Of a stretch of DNA of 64,000 nt, positions 28,549 through 37,730 are shown piece after piece. The first letter of the stretch is position 1. Each line of letters begins with the position of its first letter. Position numbers and translations under genes: made by a program. The notes beneath the pieces were generated by a model. It was not told the origin of the DNA. It was given only the letters and a program-made list of their open reading frames with translations, and ran no database searches. The DNA comes from an uncultured Clostridia bacterium (lineage in GTDB: Bacteria; Bacillota; Clostridia; Oscillospirales; Ruminococcaceae): positions 40,776-104,775 of the forward strand of contig CANRJB010000004.1 of the NCBI GenBank assembly GCA_947630845.1, given 5' to 3'.

Positions 28549-29031
28549 TTGAAAAAGCATCAACTGTTGGATGGACTGCAAAGATCGACAAGAACAACGA
28601 TCTGGGTTTGCGTTGGGTTTCTGGGGGCAACGGTACTGATTCTGATATTTCTGATGCTCTTTCCCTTGCAGAAGGAGGAAAAAGTCATACTCACGCTGCC
28701 GTCCTCAGCACAGGAGACGCAGATAGCAACACAGGAAGCAGTGGAATTCAACTGGGAGGATGCACCGTATACGCTTTCATCTTGGTCAGCCGGAATCGAC
28801 GGGTTTTACCGTTCTGTGGAGGAATTTCTGACCACTGAACCGGAGACAGAGACGGAAACAACAGAGATGACCACGGCAGAGACACAGACTGAAGTAAATT
28901 CGGATACAACGACAGAAGAAATGCTGATAACTGACCCTCCTATGCCGGAGAGTGAAACAACAGTCACAGTAACAGTGCCGCCTGTAGAAACTGATCCGCC
29001 AGAAGAAACAATACCGGAGGTCACAGAATAA
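28549..29031 (+). CDS. hypothetical membrane-anchored protein with a T/E/P-rich low-complexity tail
   Basis: TTG start with AGAGGAG SD. One TM helix (TIWVCVGFLGATVLILIFLMLF). No recognisable domain. Confidence 0.5.
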   Translation: MKKHQLLDGLQRSTRTTIWVCVGFLGATVLILIFLMLFPLQKEEKVILTLPSSAQETQIATQEAVEFNWEDAPYTLSSWSAGIDGFYRSVEEFLTTEPETETETTEMTTAETQTEVNSDTTTEEMLITDPPMPESETTVTVTVPPVETDPPEETIPEVTE

Positions 29032-29040
29032 CAGAAGAAA

Positions 29041-29064
29041 AGGACTGCACGCAGCAGTCCTTTT
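29041..29064. terminator. bidirectional terminator between the 28549 gene and queA
   Basis: AGGACTGC/GCAGTCCT stem flanked by an A-run and a T-run. Confidence 0.7.
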
Positions 29065-29072
29065 CTGATATC

Positions 29073-30113
29073 CTATTGCAGCCCCGGCAGGATGCACATG
29101 CAGTCGCCGAAGGAGAAGAAGCGGTAACGATCTCTGACCGCCTCCCGATAGGCATACATCGTGTTCCAGTACCCCATGAAGGCGGCAACGAGCATGATGA
29201 GGGTGCTTTCCGGGAGATGAAAGTTGGTGATCAGCCCGTCAATGACCTTGAATTGGTAGCCCGGATAGATGAAGATGTCCGTGTCACCTTCGCAGGCAGT
29301 GAGGACAGAACCGCATCGCTGTGCGGCACTCTCCAAGGTGCGGCAGGAGGTCGTCCCCACACTGATGATGCGCCCGCCGGATGCTTTGGTCTGGTTGATG
29401 CGGTCGGCAGTCTCTTGTGGGAGCAGAAAGTGTTCGGAGTGCATATGATGTCTGAGAACATCTTCTTCCTTGACCGGACGGAATGTTCCCAGCCCGACAT
29501 GCAGCGTGACATAGGCAATGCCGATGCCCTTCTGACCGAGTGATGTGAGCATATCTTTCGTAAAGTGCAGCCCGGCAGTCGGCGCAGCGGCAGAACCAAG
29601 CTCCCGGGAATAGACGGTCTGGTAGCGTTCCCGGTCTTTCAATTTTTCAGTGATGTAGGGCGGCAGGGGCATCTGTCCGATCTCATCGAGTATGGCATAG
29701 AAGCTGCCGTCACAGGAAAACTGTACAATACGGTTGCCGTCGTCCAGCACTTCGATCACCTCTGCGGTGAGCTTGCCGCCGCCAAAGGAGAATTTTGCGC
29801 CCGGCTTGCATTTCTTTCCCGGACGGCAGATGATCTCCCAGAGCTTGTCACCATGCTGTGTGAGCAGGAGAAATTCTACAAAGCTGCCAGTCCCCACCTT
29901 TTCACCATACAGCCTTGCCGGCAGCACCCGGGAATCATTCAGCACAAGCAGATCACCCGGACGCAGCAGATCTTCCAGATCATAGAAATGCTTGTGCAGG
30001 ATCGCTCCCGTATTCCGGTCAACTGCCATCATCCGGGAGGCATTTCTTGGCTCGATGGGGGTCTGTGCGATACGTTCTTCAGGCAGATCATAATAAAAAT
30101 CCGATTTTTTCAT
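29073..30113 (-). CDS. queA: S-adenosylmethionine:tRNA ribosyltransferase-isomerase
   Basis: Start moved to ATG 30113 (GGGAG SD). MKKSDFYYDLPEERIAQTPIEPR... typical QueA. Confidence 0.95.
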   Translation of the reverse strand: MKKSDFYYDLPEERIAQTPIEPRNASRMMAVDRNTGAILHKHFYDLEDLLRPGDLLVLNDSRVLPARLYGEKVGTGSFVEFLLLTQHGDKLWEIICRPGKKCKPGAKFSFGGGKLTAEVIEVLDDGNRIVQFSCDGSFYAILDEIGQMPLPPYITEKLKDRERYQTVYSRELGSAAAPTAGLHFTKDMLTSLGQKGIGIAYVTLHVGLGTFRPVKEEDVLRHHMHSEHFLLPQETADRINQTKASGGRIISVGTTSCRTLESAAQRCGSVLTACEGDTDIFIYPGYQFKVIDGLITNFHLPESTLIMLVAAFMGYWNTMYAYREAVRDRYRFFSFGDCMCILPGLQ

Positions 30114-30142
30114 AAATACTCCCTGTTTTTTTGAAATTTTTC

Positions 30143-30171
30143 TTGACAAAAGGCGCAAGAAATGATATCAT
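30143..30171 (+). promoter_or_regulatory. promoter of the lysine-riboswitch/asd operon
   Basis: TTGACA, 17-nt spacer, TATCAT with an upstream TGa (extended -10). Confidence 0.6.
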
Positions 30172-30180
30172 AGTAAGTAG

Positions 30181-30397
30181 GATAGAGGTGCGGCTGCGAT
30201 GAGTAGCAGCTTGGAGGGTGCTCGACCCGTAGAAATGCTGCCAAAGGCAATGCCGCCGAAGAGCGGAGCGTGAGCTGCGCCGCTCTGGTGCTGTATCGAA
30301 CAGATGCTGCACTGTCATCATGTGTGATGGAGAGCTATCGGCATCTGCCAATAATTCTATTATAACGCATGATGAACCGGTTTTCAACCGGTTTTTT
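30181..30397 (+). promoter_or_regulatory. lysine riboswitch (L-box) with terminator expression platform
   Basis: P1 GATAG...CTATC. Conserved L-box blocks AGAGGTGCG (30184), GAGTA (30201), GCCGCCGAAG (30252), CTGG (30285), CACTGTCA (30310), GGAGAGCTATC (30329). Terminator ACCGGTT-TTC-AACCGGT plus T5 (30376-30397). Confidence 0.85.
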
Positions 30398-30446
30398 CAA
30401 TATTCTAAAAAATTTTTTCCGGCAAGGCTGCCGGAGGTAAGGAGAA

Positions 30447-31532
30447 ATGTACATGAAACAGTACAATGTAGGCATTCTGGGCGCAACTGGCATGGTCGGA
30501 CAGCGGTTTGCAACGCTGCTTGCAGAGCATCCGTGGTTCCATGTAAAGGTGCTTGCCGCATCCCCTCGCTCTGCCGGTAAGACATATGAAGAAGCTGTCG
30601 GCAGCAGATGGGCGATGACTGTTCCGATGCCGGAGAAGCTCAAAGGCATGGTCGTCCGTGATCTGAATGCGGATATGGACTCCATTACGGCAGAGGTGGA
30701 CTTTGTGTTCTGCGCTGTGGATATGAAGAAGGACGAGATCAAGGCACTGGAGGAACGTTATGCCAAGGCGGAGTGCCCTGTTATTTCCAATAACTCCGCA
30801 CATAGATTTACCCCTGATGTCCCCATGATCGTACCGGAGCTGAACCCGGAGCATCTGGAGATCATTGCAGCACAGAGAAAGCGTCTCGGCACTAAGAAGG
30901 GTTTCATTGCTGTGAAATCCAACTGCTCCATCCAGAGTTATGTGCCGGCACTGCATCCGCTGCGGAAGTTTGGTCTGACAAAGGTGCTGGCATGTACATA
31001 TCAGGCAATTTCCGGTGCCGGCAAGACGTTTGAGACATGGCCCGAAATGGTAGATAACCTCATCCCCTACATCGGCGGTGAGGAGGAAAAGTCCGAGCAG
31101 GAACCGCTGAAGGTATGGGGTACGATCGAGAATGGCGAGATCATCAAGGCAAGTACACCGTCCATCACAACCCAATGTCTGCGTGTGCCGGTTTCGGACG
31201 GACATACGGCTGCGGTGTTCGTATCCTTTGCACAGAAGCCCTCAAAGGAAGAGATCCTGAAACTCTGGGAGGACTTCAAGGGTGAACCGCAGGAGCTGGA
31301 GCTGCCGAGCGCACCGAAGCAGTTTATCCACTACTTTACGGAGGATAATCGCCCACAGGCAAACCTTGACCGCAATTTAGAGGGCGGCATGGCAGTTTCC
31401 GTGGGACGGCTGCGTGAGGATACGCAGTATGACTACAAATTTGTATGTCTCTCTCATAATACACTGAGAGGTGCAGCAGGCGGCGGCGTATTGCTTGCAG
31501 AGCTGCTGGCGGCAAAGGGCTATTTTGATTAA
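30447..31532 (+). CDS. asd: aspartate-semialdehyde dehydrogenase
   Basis: GILGATGMVGQRF NAD motif, active-site region SNCSIQ. The start could be ATG 30453. Confidence 0.93.
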   Translation: MYMKQYNVGILGATGMVGQRFATLLAEHPWFHVKVLAASPRSAGKTYEEAVGSRWAMTVPMPEKLKGMVVRDLNADMDSITAEVDFVFCAVDMKKDEIKALEERYAKAECPVISNNSAHRFTPDVPMIVPELNPEHLEIIAAQRKRLGTKKGFIAVKSNCSIQSYVPALHPLRKFGLTKVLACTYQAISGAGKTFETWPEMVDNLIPYIGGEEEKSEQEPLKVWGTIENGEIIKASTPSITTQCLRVPVSDGHTAAVFVSFAQKPSKEEILKLWEDFKGEPQELELPSAPKQFIHYFTEDNRPQANLDRNLEGGMAVSVGRLREDTQYDYKFVCLSHNTLRGAAGGGVLLAELLAAKGYFD

Positions 31533-31573
31533 AGTATTCACATATCTGTCATGATTCAGAAAGGAGAACTATC

Positions 31574-32476
31574 ATGAAGCATACCATTTTTACCGGTGCG
31601 GCAGTTGCCATTACCACCCCGTTCAATCTGGATGGTTCGATCAACTTTGAAGGACTGGGCGACAACATTGATTATCAGCTCGACAACGGCACAGATGCCA
31701 TTGTCATCTGCGGTACAACAGGGGAATCCTCTACCATGAGCGATGAGGAACATCGTGCATGCATCGAGTTTGCAGTCAAGCACACCAACCACAGAGTCCC
31801 TGTCATCGCAGGCACGGGCAGCAATGATACACGCTATGCCATCGAGTTGTCTGTGGAAGCAGAGCGGCTTGGTGTAGACGGACTCCTGCTCGTGACCCCC
31901 TATTACAACAAGACCACACAGTCAGGTCTGGTGAACCACTTCACCATTATTGCCAACAGTGTCAACATCCCGATCATTCTCTACAACATCCCCGGCAGAA
32001 CGGGTCTGAACATTTCTGTAGATACTCTTGACAAGCTCTCCAATCACAAGAATATTGTGGCAGTCAAGGAGGCATCCGGTAATATCAACTATGCCGCACA
32101 GGTGATCGCAACATGTGGTGACAAGCTTGATGTTTACAGCGGCAATGATGATATGATTGTACCGATCATGTCGATCGGCGGCAAGGGCGTTATCTCCGTG
32201 CTGTCCAATATTCTTCCGAAGGAGACTCACGAGATCACACAGCTCTGTCTGGACAATGACTTCCAGAAGGCTGGAAAGATGCAAATCAAATATCTTGACC
32301 TCATCAATAGCCTGTTCTGTGAAGTCAACCCGATTCCGGTCAAGGAAGCCATGAACCAGCTCGGCATGGCAGCAGGCGCATGCAGAATGCCGCTGACCAA
32401 GATGAGTGCAGACAATCTTGCAAGACTGCTCTCTTCCATGCAGAAGCTCGGCATGCCGGTGTCTGTGGTTGACTAA
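31574..32476 (+). CDS. dapA: 4-hydroxy-tetrahydrodipicolinate synthase
   Basis: 300 aa, GTTGESSTMS and YNIPGRTG motifs. Confidence 0.95.
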   Translation: MKHTIFTGAAVAITTPFNLDGSINFEGLGDNIDYQLDNGTDAIVICGTTGESSTMSDEEHRACIEFAVKHTNHRVPVIAGTGSNDTRYAIELSVEAERLGVDGLLLVTPYYNKTTQSGLVNHFTIIANSVNIPIILYNIPGRTGLNISVDTLDKLSNHKNIVAVKEASGNINYAAQVIATCGDKLDVYSGNDDMIVPIMSIGGKGVISVLSNILPKETHEITQLCLDNDFQKAGKMQIKYLDLINSLFCEVNPIPVKEAMNQLGMAAGACRMPLTKMSADNLARLLSSMQKLGMPVSVVD

Positions 32477-32487
32477 GAGGCAAGGCA

Positions 32488-33249
32488 ATGGAGAAAGTAA
32501 AAATACTGATTTCCGGAGCATCCGGAAAAATGGGTCATGCTGTGGCAGCAGCCATTGCAGGGCGTGAGGACTGTGTGACAGCTGCCGGAGTCGATATCCG
32601 GACGGAAACCTACGGCGGATTCCCGATTTACGGCACATTCAAGGAACTGCCGGAGAAGCCGGATGTGATCATTGACTTCTCGAATCCGGCGATTTTAGAT
32701 GATCTGCTCGAATACTGCCTTGTGAATGGCGTTCCGGCAGTACTTGCCACAACGGGTTACAGCGAGGAGCAGATCACAGCCATCAGAAAAGCAGCAGCAT
32801 CTGTGCCGGTGTTTTTCTCGTTCAACATGTCGCTCGGCATCAATTTATTGGTTCAGCTTGCGAAAAAGGCAGTATCCGTTCTGGGTGGGCAGTTTGACAT
32901 TGAGATCGTGGAAAAGCACCACAACCAAAAGATAGATGCTCCGTCCGGCACAGCACTCATGCTGGCGGATGCCATTAACGAAAGCATGGACAATGGATAT
33001 CACTACGTCTATGACCGTCATTCCAAGCGGCAGAAGCGTGAGAAAAACGAAATCGGGCTGCATGCCATCCGGGGCGGTACGATCGTCGGAGAGCATGACA
33101 TCATTTTTGCCGGGCATGACGAAGTCATCACGCTGTCCCACAGCGCAGCCTCAAAGGAGGTCTTTGCGGTAGGTGCAGTCAATGCGGCAGTGTTTCTTGC
33201 CAAGCAGCAGCCGGGCATGTACGACATGAGTGCACTGATGACAAACTGA
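32488..33249 (+). CDS. dapB: 4-hydroxy-tetrahydrodipicolinate reductase
   Basis: 253 aa, GASGKMG N-terminus, EKHHNQKIDAPSGTA motif. Confidence 0.95.
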   Translation: MEKVKILISGASGKMGHAVAAAIAGREDCVTAAGVDIRTETYGGFPIYGTFKELPEKPDVIIDFSNPAILDDLLEYCLVNGVPAVLATTGYSEEQITAIRKAAASVPVFFSFNMSLGINLLVQLAKKAVSVLGGQFDIEIVEKHHNQKIDAPSGTALMLADAINESMDNGYHYVYDRHSKRQKREKNEIGLHAIRGGTIVGEHDIIFAGHDEVITLSHSAASKEVFAVGAVNAAVFLAKQQPGMYDMSALMTN

Positions 33250-33261
33250 AAGAATCCATGT

Positions 33262-33292
33262 TCCCCCACGATCGGCGTGGGGGACACTTTTG
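33262..33292 (+). terminator. terminator after dapB
   Basis: TCCCCCACG/CGTGGGGGA stem, then CACTTTTGG. Confidence 0.75.
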
Positions 33293-33350
33293 GTAGATAT
33301 GCAGAAAAATGGTCGATGTTATCCGTGAGATCGCACCGAAAGGAGTTGCC

Positions 33351-35699
33351 ATGACAGAAACCGAATTTCTTTCCCTCAGGCAGGCAGCTTTACGCCGCTG
33401 CTTTTCTCAGATGAATCCGCAGCAGCTCGATGCCATCATGACCGTGAAAGGTCCTGTTCTTGTTCTTGCTGGTGCAGGGAGCGGCAAAACGACTGTTATC
33501 GTCAACCGCATTGCCAATATGGTGCTGTTCGGTGATACACAGCTCCTGTCTCCCGTTCCGGATGATGAAAAAATACAGCGGATTCGTGATTATATTGACG
33601 GCGGCAGCATGACGATGGGGGAATTGCAGGAGCTGATCGCTGTTCATCCGGTCAGACCGTGGCAGATCCTTGCGATCACGTTTACCAACAAGGCAGCCGG
33701 GGAGATGAAAGAACGGCTGACCGGTACGCTCGGAGACGAAGCACAGGATGTCCATGCAGCGACCTTTCATTCAGCATGTGTGCGTATCCTGCGGAGTGTG
33801 GCTGACAGGATGGGATACGATCATAGTTTTACCATTTATGATGCTGACGACAGTCTGCGCACTATCAAGGCAGTCATGAAAGAGCTGGACATTTCCGAAC
33901 GACAGTTTCCCCCCAAGACGATGGCAGGCATCATCAGCTCTTCCAAGGACAGGATGATCTCTCCGGAAGCGTTTTCAGCACAGGCAGGAAAGGATTACCG
34001 GCAGATCACCGCTGCGAAAATCTACCGTGCCTATCAGGCACGTCTGCAAAGTGCGAATGCAATGGATTTTGATGATCTCATCTATGTGACAGTGCGGATC
34101 TTTGAGCAGTGTCCGGATGTACTGGACAAGTACCGCAGCCGTTACCGCTACATCCTTGTGGATGAGTATCAGGACACAAACTATGCACAGTACCGGCTTG
34201 TGAGTCTGCTGGCAGCGGAGCATGGCAATCTGTGCGTGGTGGGTGATGATGACCAGAGCATCTACCGTTTCCGGGGAGCAACGATTGAGAATATTTTGCA
34301 GTTTGAGGAGCAGTTTCCGGGGTGCAGAACGATACGTCTGGAAGAAAATTACCGCTCCACACAGAATATCCTCGATGCTGCTAACGCTGTTATTGCCCAT
34401 AACAAAGGGCGAAAGCAGAAAAAGTTATGGACAGCAGCCGGTGCAGGCACACCTGTGACCTTACTGCATGTGGTGAGTGAACGGGATGAGGCGGAATGCA
34501 TTGCCGATGTGATCGAACAGAATGTGGCAGATGGAATGCATTACAGCGATCATGCCGTACTGTACCGTATGAATGCACTCTCCAATGCAGTGGAGCGTGG
34601 CATGATACGAAGAAAAATTCCCTATCACATCTACGGCGGTGTGCGCTTTCTGGACAGAAAGGAAATACGGGATGTGCTTGCTTATCTCTCTTTGATACAG
34701 AATCCGAATGATTTTGCCCGTTTTCAGCGGATCGTAAATGTTCCGAAGCGTGGCATCGGGGAGGGAACGGCTGCAACAGTGATACAGATCGCACAGGATC
34801 TGAACATGCCGCTGCTGGAAGTCGTGAGGAATTGCGGCGAGTTTCCGGCAATTGCAAGGCGTTCGGCAGCACTGCTGAAATTTTCCGCACTCATGGACAA
34901 GCTGACTGAACAGGCAGAGATATTGCCGATGGAGGAGCTTTTTGACTTCATGCTGAATGAGACAGGCTATCTTGAAATGCTGAAGGCAGAGGGAGAAGAG
35001 GGCGAGAACCGTATCGAGAACGTCAAGGAATTCCGTTCTAACATCGTCAGCTACACAGAGGAAAACGAAGAGCCGACACTTGCCGGATTTCTGGAGGAGA
35101 CTGCCCTCTATGCCGAATCCGACAAAATCGGTGAGACTGACACCGTTTCCCTTATGACCATCCACACCGCTAAGGGACTGGAATTTGACACGGTCTTTGC
35201 CGTTGGGATGGAAACGGGGATCTTCCCCAGTCAGCGGAGCTTTGACACACAGGAGGATATGGAGGAGGAACGGCGGCTTGCCTATGTCATGATCACGAGG
35301 GCAAAGCGGCATCTGTATTTGTCCCATGCTGTATCAAGGCTGCTTTTCGGCAGCACCGGCAACAATCCGGTCTCCCGGTTTGTGAAGGAGATACCGGAGG
35401 AACTGATCTCCATAGACGACCGCACGCCAAAAACTCTCTACAGCTCCCGTCCGGCAGAGATCAGCGCAAAGGGTGTTTCAGGGATGCGTACCCAGATGCA
35501 GGCGATACGGAAACAGCATGTCCCCGCCGGACAGGCTGTTGATGCCAAAGCAGGAGACAGGATCGTGGATGCCGTGTTCGGAGAGGGAACGGTGCTGCGT
35601 GCTGAACCGATGGGGGGAGACTGTCTGTTAGAGGTTGCCTTTGACAATGTGGGGACGAAGAAACTCATGGCGAGGTACAGAAAAATCAAAAAGATCTGA
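33351..35699 (+). CDS. pcrA: ATP-dependent DNA helicase PcrA (UvrD/Rep family)
   Basis: Start moved to ATG 33351 (AAAGGAG SD). AGAGSGKTTV Walker A, VDEYQDTN, UvrD-family C-terminus. Confidence 0.9.
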   Translation: MTETEFLSLRQAALRRCFSQMNPQQLDAIMTVKGPVLVLAGAGSGKTTVIVNRIANMVLFGDTQLLSPVPDDEKIQRIRDYIDGGSMTMGELQELIAVHPVRPWQILAITFTNKAAGEMKERLTGTLGDEAQDVHAATFHSACVRILRSVADRMGYDHSFTIYDADDSLRTIKAVMKELDISERQFPPKTMAGIISSSKDRMISPEAFSAQAGKDYRQITAAKIYRAYQARLQSANAMDFDDLIYVTVRIFEQCPDVLDKYRSRYRYILVDEYQDTNYAQYRLVSLLAAEHGNLCVVGDDDQSIYRFRGATIENILQFEEQFPGCRTIRLEENYRSTQNILDAANAVIAHNKGRKQKKLWTAAGAGTPVTLLHVVSERDEAECIADVIEQNVADGMHYSDHAVLYRMNALSNAVERGMIRRKIPYHIYGGVRFLDRKEIRDVLAYLSLIQNPNDFARFQRIVNVPKRGIGEGTAATVIQIAQDLNMPLLEVVRNCGEFPAIARRSAALLKFSALMDKLTEQAEILPMEELFDFMLNETGYLEMLKAEGEEGENRIENVKEFRSNIVSYTEENEEPTLAGFLEETALYAESDKIGETDTVSLMTIHTAKGLEFDTVFAVGMETGIFPSQRSFDTQEDMEEERRLAYVMITRAKRHLYLSHAVSRLLFGSTGNNPVSRFVKEIPEELISIDDRTPKTLYSSRPAEISAKGVSGMRTQMQAIRKQHVPAGQAVDAKAGDRIVDAVFGEGTVLRAEPMGGDCLLEVAFDNVGTKKLMARYRKIKKI

Positions 35700-35744
35700 A
35701 AAGTGAGGATATTTTCCCAGAATTCTTAAATTTCTGACAAAATA

Positions 35745-35773
35745 TTGACGAAATGAGCGGAATATGATATAAT
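35745..35773 (+). promoter_or_regulatory. promoter for thyX
   Basis: TTGACG, 17-nt spacer, TATAAT. Confidence 0.55.
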
Positions 35774-35799
35774 AAAAGCAGTATGACTGGAGGAGAGGA

Positions 35800-36591
35800 A
35801 TGAAGGTACAACTCATTGCCCATACGGCATTGCCGGAAAAGGTCGTGGCAGCGGCAGCAAAGCTTTGCTATTCGGATACGGGTGCGATGGAACTGATGGA
35901 GGGACTGTCGGAAGAACGGGCAGAGAAATTCGTGGAGATGCTTGGCACGATCGGACACGAAAGCCCGATCGAGCATGCAAGTTTTACCTTTGCAGTTGAA
36001 GGCGTGTCCCGTTCACTGCTTGCCCAGATCACAAGACACCGGCTTGCAAGCTTTTCTGTGCAGAGCCAGCGGTATGTGAAGGTAAAGGATTTTTCCTATG
36101 TAACGCCGCCGGAAATTGCCGCAGACCCGGAGACACTGACGCTCTTTGACGAGACGATGCAGTCCTGTGTGGAGGCATACCGGAAGCTTGCTGATCTGCT
36201 GGAAGAACGGCACTATGCAGCTTTCCGGAAAGCAGGGCAGTCGGAACAGGAAGCCCGGAAAAATGCTGAAAAAAAGGCAATCGAGGATGCACGTTTTGTT
36301 CTCCCGAATGCAAGTGAGACGAAGATGGTACTCACGATGAACGCAAGAGAACTGCTGCATTTTTTCCGGCTGCGATGCTGCCGCCGGGCGCAGTGGGAGA
36401 TACGGGCATTGGCAAAGGAGATGTTGGTGCAGGTGTATCCGGTCGCACCGGCACTGTTTGCAAAGGCAGGACCATCCTGTACAGCGGGGGCATGTCCGGA
36501 GGGGAAGATGTCCTGCGGCAGGATGCAGGATGTCCGTGCGGAGTACGCAGCCTGCAAGAATATTTCCCCGGTGACGGGGAATGCTGAATGA
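35800..36591 (+). CDS. thyX: FAD-dependent thymidylate synthase
   Basis: ThyX signature RHRLASFSVQSQRY. Confidence 0.93.
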   Translation: MKVQLIAHTALPEKVVAAAAKLCYSDTGAMELMEGLSEERAEKFVEMLGTIGHESPIEHASFTFAVEGVSRSLLAQITRHRLASFSVQSQRYVKVKDFSYVTPPEIAADPETLTLFDETMQSCVEAYRKLADLLEERHYAAFRKAGQSEQEARKNAEKKAIEDARFVLPNASETKMVLTMNARELLHFFRLRCCRRAQWEIRALAKEMLVQVYPVAPALFAKAGPSCTAGACPEGKMSCGRMQDVRAEYAACKNISPVTGNAE

Positions 36592-36603
36592 GAGGTTTTT
36601 CGC

Positions 36604-37152
36604 ATGATTTATGTATTTTTAGCAAATGGATTTGAAGAAGTAGAAGCACTGACACCGGTTGATCTGCTGCGCCGCAGCGGTAAAGAGGTACAGCTTGTGG
36701 GTGTCGGCGGTAAGGTCATTACGGGTTCGCACGGTATTGCCGTTCAGACAGACATCACCGATGCAGAGATCGTTCTCGGCAGGGAGTTGGAAATGATGAT
36801 CCTGCCGGGTGGTATGCCGGGTACGCTGAATCTGGAAAAGTCAGAAGCTGTGCAGACAGCCATTGATTTCTGTCATGACAGAGAAATTTATATTGCAGCC
36901 ATCTGTGCAGCACCGTCCATTCTCGGTCATAAGGGTTTGCTGAATGGCAGGGAAGCGACCGCCTATCCGGGCTTTGAAGAACAGCTTGCAGGTGCAGTCA
37001 TCAGCGAACATTCTGTGGTGCAGGACGGGCATATCATTACAGCACAGGGTGCAGGTGCTGCCGTGGCATTCGGACTGAAATTAGCTGAAATTTTCAACGG
37101 TAAGGAAAAGGCAAAGGCACTTGCGGACGGGATCTGCTATCCGGTACACTGA
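36604..37152 (+). CDS. DJ-1/PfpI family protein
   Basis: 182 aa, nucleophile-elbow AAICAAP. Confidence 0.85.
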   Translation: MIYVFLANGFEEVEALTPVDLLRRSGKEVQLVGVGGKVITGSHGIAVQTDITDAEIVLGRELEMMILPGGMPGTLNLEKSEAVQTAIDFCHDREIYIAAICAAPSILGHKGLLNGREATAYPGFEEQLAGAVISEHSVVQDGHIITAQGAGAAVAFGLKLAEIFNGKEKAKALADGICYPVH

Positions 37153-37730
37153 TGAGCATAGCGGAGGACAAGGCGGCACTTCGGCAGCGTATCCGTGCGC
37201 TGCGCAGGGCACTCACTGACAAGACAGCACTGGATGCTGCGTTGTATGCCAATGTACAGGCACATGCATGGGTGCAGGAGGCTGACCTTGTGCTGGCATA
37301 TGTATCAGGACAATATGAGCCGGATACCAGAAAGCTGATCGACTGGCTGCTGTCGGAGGGAAGACCGCTTGCACTGCCGGTATGTGAAGGTGCAGGGAAG
37401 ATGCGATTCTATATGCTGCACAGCAGAGAGGAACTGCATCCGGGTGCATACGGCATTCCTGAACCGACCGGGAGAGAGCCTGTGATACTGACAGAGAGAA
37501 CACTCTGCATTTTGCCGGGGCTTGCGTTCACGGAGCAGGGAGAGCGTCTCGGACAGGGAGGCGGCTATTATGATCGGTTTTTGCAGGCGCATCCGGGACT
37601 CCGGACGATGGGACTGACATACCAATGTCTGATGCAGACGGCACTCCCGTGTGAGGTGCATGACTGCCGGGTGGATGTTGTAATAACTGACGGAGAGCAG
37701 GGCTTTCCGAATATGAGTGGAGGTAACTAA
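37152..37730 (+). CDS. 5-formyltetrahydrofolate cyclo-ligase
   Basis: 192 aa, pattern RQRIRALRRAL... and GQGGGYYDRFL. Confidence 0.85.
   Translation: MSIAEDKAALRQRIRALRRALTDKTALDAALYANVQAHAWVQEADLVLAYVSGQYEPDTRKLIDWLLSEGRPLALPVCEGAGKMRFYMLHSREELHPGAYGIPEPTGREPVILTERTLCILPGLAFTEQGERLGQGGGYYDRFLQAHPGLRTMGLTYQCLMQTALPCEVHDCRVDVVITDGEQGFPNMSGGN

Noticed and set aside
30163-30172. Perfect palindrome ATGATATCAT at the riboswitch promoter -10, considered as a regulator binding site or bidirectional promoter for queA.
   Set aside because: It is fully explained by the -10 hexamer TATCAT preceded by a TGn extension. No matching -35 exists on the minus strand.
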